NCBI GenBank assembly: GCA_040954595.2 | Contig: CM082588.2 | Coordinates: 2,053,027-2,117,026, forward strand | Direction: 5' to 3' | Origin: Balanoglossus misakiensis | Taxonomy: Eukaryota > Animalia > Hemichordata | DNA: 64,000 nt | In this document: one piece after another, positions 1 through 11,400 of the stretch | How the letters are laid out: each line of letters opens with the position of its first letter | How positions within the stretch are numbered: position 1 is the first letter of the stretch | The notes under the pieces: model-generated | What the model saw: the letters and a program-made list of their open reading frames with translations, nothing else | What the model was told of the DNA's origin: nothing | Databases searched by the model: none | Program-made: the position numbers and the translations under genes

Positions 1-1362
1 GGCCATAACCATTCAAGAGTTCCGACGGCAATGCAATCATTCTATCAACAAGGTGCTTGCAACACCGATCTTGCGCAACCACGTAGGTGATTACGCCCAC
101 AACAGAGCTTGGCTGCACAAAAGAGATATACGTACCCCAGACAACCTCACTAGAATAGATGGAAACGCGACTTTAGCAGACTGGCTGAAAAGTGACAACA
201 CATCAGATGAACGCTGTGTTGTCATGGTTATCCCGATACAATTTGAAGGTCTGGTTTTTCCAGACATGGAGAGGGTGAATAGCGCCATCGACAGGCATCT
301 AGTTCGAACATGGCCCATTCAGAGCGCGATTGCGGACCTCATGCCTAAGATGTGTGATGGCATGCCCATTCTAGCTTTACATTGGAGAAACAAAACTGGA
401 GAGATGTAAGTAACACTGCAGATGCTTCTGCGGTATCATGTAGGAAGGGAGATTGACAGACAGGCAAGACAGGACAGACAGACATACAGACATACAAGTC
501 ACACAGACGCACAAAGAAACACATTGGACAAACATATAATATTCATGTATTAAACATGTATACCGAATGATACATTATTTTCTTTGCCAGGTGTCGGCGG
601 CACGGCCCAGAACTCAGATATTGTGCGCGCGTTTACAAAACTCAAAAGTTTATGATAAAACATCTCGTGAATCACTTGACAGAGAACATACGCCAATACA
701 AGATAAACTGTGTGTATATATCGCATGCACCAGACGAGGAAAGGGTAAGTGTGTTCTGCAATTTTATCACTCTAAATGCTGAGTAAACATTAAAACAAGG
801 AAGTTTTAGGGTATAGGGCTTCTCTACAATATTCATGAGCGTTCTGCATTGATTACAGAATATTTACGATCTTCTACCCGATGATATTTTATCAATGTTA
901 ATCCCGACGGACACGGTTCTGGGTCTTCTGAGCCCTGATATGGATTCATTAAAAAACGATGCTTATTTCTTCTCAATTATTGAACAAGAAATAGTGATAC
1001 ATAAGTAATGAATGCTTCCTTGAGCTTGCTTAGTGTTCAAATCGAAGTGTAAGATATTTTTAAAGCCGCACCTGCTTCAGGTGTTACAATTCGTGTACCT
1101 ATAGATATTTTGAAAACGAAAACCTCTATCTCAACCTTTCAATGCCCATCTGTTGTCAACATGAATACATGTAACAAGATCTGGTTTATTTTTTATATTC
1201 TTCTTGTATGTTGTAGACTCCATGGTTTTCTTCGGAGATGGAAAGTCGAACTGGTCACAGATGGTTTTTGCAGCAAGAAAAGCTTTCAACAAAGGTCCCA
1301 GTTATGACATGACTGTAGATTTTCCGGATTTGAATTCAAAAGGCATAAAGTGGTATCGCTGA
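1..1362 (+). pseudogene. O-fucosyltransferase-like paralogue 1 (5'-truncated by the window edge); probable loss-of-function splice donor
   Basis: Exons 1-405, 591-744, 859-1000 and 1217-1362 are collinear with the intact paralogue (ALHWRNKTGE, VYISH, SIIEQEI, FFGDGKSNWS...WYR*). The donor at 1001 reads ATAAGT where both paralogues have GTAAGT. Confidence 0.7.
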
Positions 1363-1419
1363 AGTTGATGTATTTTATTCATACATGCTAACCCCGATCA
1401 CAAACACTCAAACATAGTC

Positions 1420-1520
1420 ACAAATAAATACAAACAAACAAACAAACAAACAAACACACACACACACACAGACAGACAGACAGAAAGACTAACACGCACG
1501 CACGCAAGCAAGCACGAACA
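1420..1520. repeat. compound microsatellite (CAAA)n-(CA)n-(CAGA)n-(CGCA)n
   Basis: Directly visible simple repeats. Confidence 0.85.
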
Positions 1521-1884
1521 AGAGCTATAGAAAGCGCCCTCTATACATTCGTAAACGACATGTACAGAGAGGTTGGAGAGACATAATACCTTTGCGGCTG
1601 CTGTTGGCAAACCATTGTCGTGCGAATTAATCGGCTACCACAGCGGGTCTCTGTATATATTAACAATTGCTATTAAAGACACTTTTCACGAAGAGGGATT
1701 TATATTGTGCCGCTAATTCAAAACATATTGCATTCATTTTTTCTTTTTGTTGCAAACAGTGGAGGGATGTCATTTGATTGTTGAATAGATTAAATAATTG
1801 TTATTTAAGATATAAGAAGTAATATTATTGTGTTCATTCAATAAACACAACGCTCATTTTACCCGCCATTCCACCTACTTCTAC

Positions 1885-2005
1885 CTATCTATATGTCTGT
1901 CTGTTTCTATCTATCTGTCTATACATGTCTATCTCTCTCTCTGTGTCTATCTGTCTATCTGTCTGTCTGTCTGTCTACCAGGCTGGCCTGCCTGCCTGCC
2001 TGCTT
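1885..2005. repeat. (TCTA/TCTG/CCTG)n microsatellite
   Basis: Directly visible. Confidence 0.85.
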
Positions 2006-2180
2006 GACTGACTGAATGTTCTCTAATTCAAAAACCTACTCTGTAAACCTTGTACCTATATCCGCTCAACAACGGTGGCAGCTGCGGACAATAGGCACAT
2101 ACAACAGCCAAATAGGTATTAAATGATTTATATCTGCTACCTGGCACTTTCTCGAGGCTCGTCACCGACAGTGCCACAAA

Positions 2181-2403
2181 ATGAACGATACAGGGGTTCT
2201 GTTTCGAGTACTTGTTCTCATAACGGTGGGGGTAGTGTTAGTGGGCGTGTTCATCTTATTTAATGGTGCCTCGTATTCTTACGTGCCAAAGATATGGCAG
2301 GGCGTGCGTACTGGACCAGCAGAACCCACGGGTACACACATGGATAATTGGAAAGAGGTGAGGCCATATAGAAGTACAGTCTCTGTAGTGTAGACCCTCT
2401 GTA

Positions 2404-2448
<45 letters not shown>

Positions 2449-4591
2449 TTCTGCTTGTCAGACCGTCACCCCAGAGCCAATAGTTGACGAAGGAAATGGC
2501 TCCCTTGTGTTTATGGCCAGCATGTATGTTACTCTTTGCATTTCTATTTTCTTTCAATAATTGTGTTGAATTTGTAGTACGTGATGGGATTTTATGGAGG
2601 AGGTTTAGCAGAAAAAATGCATTTATCTCTCTCTTTGTGTCTATAGTACTTGCTGATGATTGTTTTTGTGGTTTTATCCAGGAAACCTACTCAGAACACG
2701 AGCAAGACGTTAAGGACATTTTTATAGCTGATGACCAAGCAGAGGTCTTACATACAACTTTTATCCCCGAATCACACGTGACATCAGATTGGCCAACCAG
2801 GGAAGTGGGGACTACCAGACAACCCTCGCTGGACAACTCCACGTACACCTTACCAAAGGAAGTACGTGGATTGATGAGTGACCGCTTCCTGTTTCCGGTG
2901 ATGCACTTCAATGGCGCCGCCGGTTTCCAATACAGACAGTTTAGGATAGCTGTGCAGATGGCCATTTTCACGAAGAGGACAATAGTGTTCTCCGATTTTT
3001 CGTACCACAAGAACGGTACCACCATTGGCTTTGACGAAACGTACAATGTAAGCGTTTTCCGGCAGTTCGCTCCGGCCATAAGTATTCAGGAGGCACAACA
3101 ACAATGTGGAAACGTCACAAACAGCGTTTTTGTCACTCCACTGAATCGACAGCGTGTTATTGACAGTTTTGGCACTCAGAAGAAATGGCTCTTCAGAGCC
3201 GCTAACATATCCATCCCGGATAAATTAGATACAATTTCAGGGAATGCATCTTTAGAGGAGTGGGTAGCAGCAGACAAGACAGCCGACGAACGCTGCGTTG
3301 TCATGCTTATGCCCATAGCGTTTGAAAGACTGGAATTTCCTGGAATGAACGAGCTGATGGGCGGCATCGATACACATTTGGTGCGAATATCAGTTGTCAA
3401 GAGAGCTGTTGAAGACGTCATGTATAAGATATGTGATGGCGAGCCTATACTTGCTCTGCATTGGAGAAATAAAACAGGAGAAGCGTGAGAAAACAGATTT
3501 TTAAATCATTACTCCGTTTATTAAAGATCAATAATTCTTACCATTGTTACACCCTGAATATCGGACAGTAATGTCTTTGCAAAGTTCATGTGAAGTAAAC
3601 TGAAATGTGATAAAAAGTAACAAAGTAACAACCACATTGTTTCCAATGATGTACATTGTAGCAGTCACAATTTACGCCTGCTTTGGCTTGCTGGCAACTG
3701 TGTTGTATGGGACCCATACGCGCAGCCGCAGACGAAACGACACTCATTCTTTAACTTGCACTGTCGCCTTTCTTTCCCAGATGTTGGGGCGTTGAAAATA
3801 GTACTTACTGCCAAAACCTGTACGATCTTCAAGTGTTTGTTATCAAACGACTGCAAGTTCACATAATTGATGTCGCTAAGAAGAACAATATCAGCTGCAT
3901 TTACATGGCGTATGACCCGATGGCGGAAACGGTGAGTAGGAACTCAGTGTGTAAATGGTAAAGGTGTTCTGTGCAGTAAAATTGATTTCTACCTGAAATA
4001 AGCTTACGTTTTCATTCATTCATTCATTCATTCATTCATTCATTCATTCATTCATTCATTCATTCATTCATTCATTCATTCATTCATTCATTCATTCATT
4101 CATTCATTCATTCATTCATTCATTCATTCATTCATTCATTGTTACATATTACAGAATATTTTCGATCTGCTATCCGATGACATTGTATCCAAACTGAGCG
4201 TTATGGCGGATGTTATCAATTTCCACAACCCATATATAGATTCGCTCAATGGTGACGATTATAGGCTCTCACTTATAGAGCTAGAAATATGTGCTCGTAA
4301 GTAATATACTTGTCGTCTCTGTATTATTTTGAGTTATTTAAACATTTACTCCTCTGATAATCTATTTGCTTGGTTTATGTCTTGCTCTTGTTTTATCCAT
4401 TAACGTACGCAGTATTTTTTTCTCCATTAACGTTCTGTTTTTCAGAAGCTAAAGCTTTCATAGGGGATGGAAGGTCAAACTGGTCCAATACGGTTTTTAA
4501 TGAAAGGAGAGCTTTTGACAAGGAGCGAAATTATGACATGACGGAAGATTTTCCTGATTTAAACGAACGAGGAACAAGTTGGTTTCGTTGA
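2181..4591 (+). CDS. GDP-fucose protein O-fucosyltransferase-like (O-FucT/POFUT-like) type II membrane glycosyltransferase, paralogue 2, intact, ~472 aa
   Basis: Five GT-AG exons (2181-2357, 2682-3484, 3781-3931, 4155-4296, 4446-4591; 1419 bp) join in frame. There is an N-terminal signal-anchor (VLVLITVGVVLVGVFILF) and a stem, then motifs typical of O-FucT GT-B enzymes: GFQYRQF..A....KRTIV, LALHWR, IYMAYD, SLIELEIC.QAKAFIG..RSNWS. Confidence 0.85.
2405..2447. repeat. (TCTG)n microsatellite in intron 1 of paralogue 2
   Basis: Directly visible. Confidence 0.9.
4011..4140. repeat. (TTCA)~32 perfect microsatellite in intron 3 of paralogue 2
   Basis: Uninterrupted tetranucleotide run ending 14 bp before the exon start at 4155. 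Confidence 0.95.
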
Positions 4592-5844
4592 GATAATCCT
4601 AGTTGTGAGCCTTCTGCTGGTTGGTTCTTTCTGGTCCTGATGTTCATGAGATGCTTATATTTATAAAACTGCATAATCGCATTACGTCTCGCAGATCAAA
4701 GGTAGGAAACCGTGCATCTGGCGCACTAAGGATAGACACTATTTAGTGGAAAACGTCAGACTAGTGAAAAGAATAAAAACTATAACTACTGAACAACTTA
4801 TACGTATCAGTCTGGTGTTCTTTATAATATGTCAATCCTGTAAAATCATATATACTTTCATTTTTATGGGCACATAGCTGTGAAATGCAACCCTATATGG
4901 TATAATTGTATTTGAAAAAAGTAATGCAGAGAATTTCGGATGCTGCCCAGATTATCTTTTGTAAACCGATTTCTCACCAAAGTTAATGTGGAAATCCCTG
5001 GCAGTCTATACCAAAAGTTGCCGCGCATCAAACCCCAGTTACTGTACCAAAATGCAATTTGGTCACATTTTTACAGATTTATCTGTGATTTCCGTATGAA
5101 AATATGGTTCACCATACATGCCACGGATTTTCCACTACCGTTTTGTCGATTGATGAAAAGCGTTTTGAATAGCAATACTTAAAACTCGAGACTATATCAA
5201 ACTATAATAGAATGACATCCCTCCACTCTTTTCTACAAAAAAAGATATGGATTATGAATAAAGGCAAGCTGTTTTAAATTAGCACATAACAAAATCACTG
5301 TATGAAAAGCCTTTTGAATAGTAATATCTAAACCTAAAATAAAATATATTACAAAGACACAAAGACCTACTGGTGGAGCTTAGTAACAAAGACCGTATCA
5401 TATGTCGACAGGGGCATGTAGTAGTGGACAGAGAGGCCATGTGAATATTCATAAGACATGATGCAAGGTAAATTTATTTGTTGTGTTTTAAAGTGAGCAC
5501 TGCTTAAAATACAATGAATGTATTGATACCAAGCCCAAAATGCTGAGAAGGAAATAAGCGTTTACCAAGACATGTGACAATTGAACCATTGAAATATGTA
5601 TTTGGGGGAAACAGCTTTTTGAAAATTTTACCTGATGCATTAGCCTAATCTCATTATGACCCATCCATCCATATATCTAATAACTTCTATTTGACAATCA
5701 AACATTGCCGAAGCCTCCACCCCTTGCAATCTGGTGTCAGCTGTCAGCCATACTCACAGTTCTGTTGAAGCAAAACCGACATTTTGTCATTTAGATCCAC
5801 TAAACTAGTCGTGTCGTACCCTCGTGATATACTGGTTCTTAAAA

Positions 5845-7899
5845 ATGCAACTTCTCCATACTTCTCTGCGAAACCTTGTTATCCTCACCCTGTTCGTATG
5901 TCTAGCAGTCTTATTGATCTTACCTCGCAACAATTTCTATGCTCACGTGCCTAAGAAATGGCAGAACGTGTGGGCAGAACCAAAAGAATCTAGCAGCGAC
6001 CAAAAACCACATTGGCAAGAGGTAAGGCTATAGTATACATATTCTAGCATCGGTTTTTGTGCATGGTAAATGCATGTTGTCCAATCACGCAACGTGTTCT
6101 CAGAGATCAGCAGGTGCAACTAGTCATTCTTTCCCTTTCCATCGCTTTACGCAGGAAAGAGGCACGGATTCTAGGGATGAGGTTGATTACATGTTTACAA
6201 TTAGTGAGATCCCAGACACCACTGTCCCACTGTCACAATTAACTACACCTTGGCCCACCACACAAGTGAAGAAGAGATGGCCGACCAAGGAAGACGCAAT
6301 GAAAGTTCTCAAACCAGCCCTCCTCCTAGTACGTACCAACCACGCCCTCTTGGGAACTCTTTGACACGAGAAGCACGGCAAGCTATGAGTAATCGTTTCC
6401 TCTTTCCAGTCATACATATTGGTGGAGCTGCGGGTTTTCAAACCAGGCAGTTCAGGCTGGCAGTGCAGATGGCTGTTTTCACAAACAGAACTATAGTGCT
6501 CTCGGATTTCTCATACCATAAGAACAGTTCTACGATTACTTTTGCTGAAACATACAATGTGAGCATATTTCGCGAATTTATGCCTGCTATAAGCATTGCA
6601 GATTTTCAAAAGAAATGTGGACATGATATTGATTCCATTCTTGTAACTCCGCTCCATCGCGAACGTGTAATTGACTCGTTTCAAAATCAGAGACGATGGC
6701 TCCGTACAGCTGCTAACATATCCATCCCGGATAAATTAGATACAATTTCAGGGAGAGCAACTTTAGAGGAGTGGGTGGCAGCGGACAAGACAGCCGACGA
6801 TCGCTGCGTTGTCATGGTTGCGCCCATATCGTTTGAACAACTTGAATTTCCGGCAAAGGACGAGCTGAACGACGCCGTCGACAAACACTTGGTACGAACA
6901 TCAGTTGTTAGACAAAATGTAGACCATATCATGTCCAAGATATGTGATGGCAAGCCTATGCTAGCTCTGCATTGGAGAAATAAAACAGGAGAAGGGTAAG
7001 CAAATGATCGAATTATTATTTAAATTTCTTTTATATATCATAATCGTGACAATGCTCAGCTCCCCCCTGTTTAATTTGATTTGTTTTAAACTGTTCCTAA
7101 CAGGTGTTGGGGTAGTGAACCGGACCCTTCTTGTGGATCATTATATGAACTTCAGAAGTTTGTCATAAAACGACTGACTGTGCACATACTCGATATCGTC
7201 AAGCGGCACAATCTATCCTGTATTTTTATGGCATTTGACCCGATGGCCGAAACGGTAAGTGTTGTATTTTTTATAATCAGTGATAATCGTGGTATGGCTG
7301 TGATTATGAAAGTCATGTTACCTTAATATATCTTCTGTGATTTGTAACACTTTAGAGTCATTCCTATTCCTACTAACAGTATGCATTTCGTAATTATGTC
7401 CAGTCTTTGGAAGCCCAATGAATTTACACATGCGTATCTGTGTCTGCGTTACAGAATATATTTGATCTTCTGCCTGACAGTATTTTATCAAAACTGATCG
7501 TAATGGCTGACGTCACGAGGCTCCACAAGGAATATATAGATTCGCTGAATAGTGATGATTACAGGCTTTCACTTATTGAGCTAGAAATTTGCACACGTAA
7601 GTAATATTTGAACAATATTTTGAAATTATATCGACAAAAATAGAACATTGGCTCTCTTAATTATCACTGGTACAAGGATATGTCAGGCATGTTGTGTTCT
7701 AGTTCACTGTCTCTCTCCGACGTTAGAATTGGTGTTGTTTTTCACGTTTGCAGAAGCTGGTGTTTTCCTAGGGGTTGGACGGTCCAACTGGTCAAATATG
7801 GTATTCCACGAAAGAAGGGCTTTTGACAAAGGACCAAGTTATGACATGACAACAGATTTCCCCGACTTAAACGAAAGAGGACCAAGTTGGTTCCGCTAA
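5845..7899 (+). pseudogene. O-fucosyltransferase-like paralogue 3 with an apparent 1-bp frameshift in the stem region (null allele or assembly error)
   Basis: Exons 5845-6021, 6155-6995, 7104-7254, ~7454-7596 and ~7754-7899 have the same structure as paralogue 2 (exon 1 is also 177 bp). The exon-2 entry frame matches paralogue 2 up to WPTTQV and then stops at 6364, while the catalytic domain lies in another frame (ORF 6250-6999). Confidence 0.7.
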
Positions 7900-10800
7900 A
7901 AGGAACTTATTTTGTCTGTTTAGTTCGGCAATGTCCAGCGTAACGTTGTCATCGTAATTCGATTGCGGATGATCGCCCTCATGAGTCAAGAAGTCCGGTT
8001 GTCTATGCTTCAACAAATATTGTTCTCCATACTTCATTGGCCACATTACCTGTTGCCAAAGTCAACGCATTTCCAATTGATAAATTAACCCCTCTGTACC
8101 ATACAAAGTTTGAGTGATCTAAAATTAAATTCCTCCGTGTGACGTCATATCGGTTGCCTAATAATATGATAATTGGATATCATTCTGCTGCGGGTTTTTT
8201 CAAATCACAAGTGACGATCGCATGTTGAGAAAGGGGTGCTTGCTCGAATAATGGAGTGTTTTCCACATCCTCGAATGGGAACGCGCAGGCGACAATGTTA
8301 AGATGGAAACAAAAGGTCTCTGTCGGTATTTCATACAGATCAAGTCGGTCGTGGAGGCTCACTGAACCACTCATGCGCCATCTGCGCCATGCTGTCAACA
8401 ACGAATATAGAATCGTTGTAGGAATAGACTCACCACCCTGTCCGTTCCTGCCATGCAAGCTGAAATGTGCGGGTAGATCATGGTGTCATGTGATGCACAA
8501 TAATTTTGTCTCGTGGACTCTTGCTCTGTGCATGCGCGGAAATATCTTCATTTGACAACAGGTGTGCGGTCATCAAAGTATCGTTGACTCTTTTAGAGTT
8601 CATACTCAAAATAGAAAACTCATTATAATATAATGCCAGCATATAAAGGTCATGTACAGGTCATGAAGTGGTCTATTCTTGGCACACGTGCTTTGAATTG
8701 CAAAAATAGGACACTGAATATAAAATGATGTAGGGTGCCGGGGCGGTTGTGGAAATGTGACACCCAGGACACAATTTGACAACGTTTTCGTGAATATCAA
8801 GTTTGCGTTTGCATACATTGGGTGACAGCATGTACACGTTATGCAGGGTTCTGTTTTACAGAGTTTTAGGGACAGTTCGAAACAGCTGCTGTCTGTTCAA
8901 AGAGGTGAGGGTGCCGCCCACTTTGAACAGAATGGAATTTGGAGGGATTCACAGATGTTTGACTTTCTTTGGAAACGTTATGCAAAGTAACCAAAGTCGT
9001 TGAAAGGCGACTGAAACAGCTCATTAGAATGTCCACACCTTTCTCTTTCAACCCAATTCTCACTTCATTGGAACCATTTGCGCTGCAATAAACGTCATTA
9101 GAGAAAACTCGCCAGAATTCCGCGATAAAAGCAATTCGCTGTCATGAATAAATCCGGCGTCACTCCACCTCTAACATCGTCGGCTACGAATACATTACCA
9201 CGCCTGCGTCTTTAGTTCGCTTGACGCAATAGAGTGGTTGTGTACATATTATACACGGTTCCGAGAAACACTGTATGTCTGTGAGGCGAGAACGGGTAAT
9301 AACGCAATTAATAATACGATCGAGTGCATTGTCCACAAAAAGTATAATTATTAAGCCATTACACACATATGACATGGCCCTCCAACGCAACAAAATGATG
9401 TAGTGTACGTCATGCCTACGTCACCAGAAAAAGAAAAAAATGTTGGCATGGCAATTTCTAGGTTCCAGTCAGAGTCAGAGTGTGTCTCACAGTTCTACCC
9501 TTGCACCACCATAGTTTGGTCCAAACCCATTGTTTTCTATGGTAAATATGGACCTTTAAATGGAGAAAGGGGGTGAAAGGCTAAGTAGTGAAGAACGAAT
9601 GTGAAACCGATACCAGAAGCACAAAATCAGCACATGTCACATGGTTATGGGCAAAATGTTAGCATTTTCAGACAGACAGTATCGTGAACAAAAATAACAT
9701 AACATGAATTAAAAATAAACAAATATGACGATGGCGATTTGGCTGGTATGTCAGTCGACCGGCAGTTTGACATGAAAACCAATTATAACTTTCCAGAGGC
9801 TGTCGAAATTGCAACAGGATGCAAATCGCCCCAAACAATCACCAAATGCATCATTGTTCAGTTCATATTCCTGTCACGTAATCTAAATTACAATGCATGA
9901 AGTTCAGGCCTTTGAAAATATCCAATTATGCTGCTATTAGCACGCACTGCTGACGTACACCTTATAATCATATCATTTCCATAATTACCTCTGTCAGCGT
10001 TCACAATGCCATGTGGTATCTACGCACGCACGCACACGCGCACGCACACGCACATATACATACAGACAGACAGAGTGAGAATATTCCCTGCGTTGTATGA
10101 TACCCGGGAATTCGTTCTCAAATTGTTAAACGTTCGTCGATTCTCTGTGAACTGTTTTCAAGCCATATCGCTGCGAACAGCTAGTGAAAGATCAAATTAA
10201 AACTTCGCCATTGAAAGCGATGGCGGCGGACAATTGTATAAAAGGTTGAACGGGTTAATGATAGTCACATCTGTTACGGCTTCAACAAATAATTACCTTC
10301 CCGCCAAAATGGTTTCCCTGCCACAATGTGACTCGCTCTTTCATTGACTAGGCATAGATAGTTTTATAATGTAGTTATTTCTTGGATTTAGATTTCATTC
10401 TACTTTCGGAATCTGATATCGAATATCTCCTTTGAAAAACATGTTTTCACTTTATATTGAAAACGATCATGACAGACTTTATTCTGATATGGTTATTAGG
10501 TCGAAAAAATATGTAGCAGACATGGCGGGTGAATTCGCCTATAAAGTGTTATTCTACATTAAACCCTTGCCAACGAAGCATTGGTAAATGAACAGTGTCG
10601 ACGTCTGTTTTCTCAAAACCATCCGGTTTTTCTATGGCTCCACTGCCCTTTCTGCCCCACCCTCTCTATGGTACAAACTATTGCATAATTATAATATAAA
10701 GCGCTCACTTCACAGGTATGTGAGTTTCGCGATATGGGGAAGCGAGTACTATCAGTTTGCCTCATAGTATATAGCGTTTAATATTCTCATTTTGTTAGAA

Positions 10801-11179
10801 TGAACTATACACAATAAATAACATCTGGTAAGGTCAATGAACGACAGCTGTACAACTTTCGACCCTTTTCTGCATTTTGCGTCGAGTATCAGACGCTTTT
10901 GTCGCTTCTTGCTGACGTATGGAGTACACATCTTTCCTACTTGTGTGAGACGGTTGTGACGGGTCGTCATATTGATGAATACCCAACAAACAGCGAAAGG
11001 TTCCTCTCAAGTCCTTCTGAGAGAAGAAACTCCTTGATTGAATCCTATTGTTGTTCTCAATAGCATAACATAAGTGCTGGGAAGCTCAAGCTGATTAAGT
11101 AGATTAAAATAACTAAGGAAACAGAACAAAGAAGTGGTAACGGTGAAACAAAAAATCCGAAAAAAAGGGAGGTCGTTTC

Positions 11180-11400
11180 TTCGTCACGTGTGAGGACCAT
11201 TTCCGCGTTTCCTATCTACCTATTTCCTATTTATCACGTGATGGCTTTGATAAAGATTAAAGCAAGGAAATACTAGTATATTCTTGCGTCTTGCTGATCA
11301 AATGACTCAATATCACACGATCACGGGGTTTGTCCTCGTTTGTGCGGTGACGTCATGACGTCAGAGCACAGGCGACGCCGCCCACAAGGTCGTCAACACG
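11180..11400. promoter_or_regulatory. candidate enhancer with E-boxes and a tandem double CRE
   Basis: TCACGTG at ~11184 and ~11234; a perfect 16-bp palindrome TGACGTCATGACGTCA at 11348-11363; CpG-rich context. Confidence 0.4.

Noticed and set aside
1001-1218. AT-AC minor-spliceosome intron in O-FucT paralogue 1
   Set aside because: The 5' end lacks the U12 consensus ATATCCT, and using the AC at 1217-1218 would shift the frame.
2484-2681. Alternative N-terminus of ORF 2484-3488
   Set aside because: This is intron-1 sequence that happens to be in frame; the true exon 2 starts at the acceptor at 2682, as in paralogue 3.
8085-10258. piggyBac-like element bounded by TTAACCC and GGGTTAA
   Set aside because: The inverted similarity does not extend beyond CCC, and there is no transposase.
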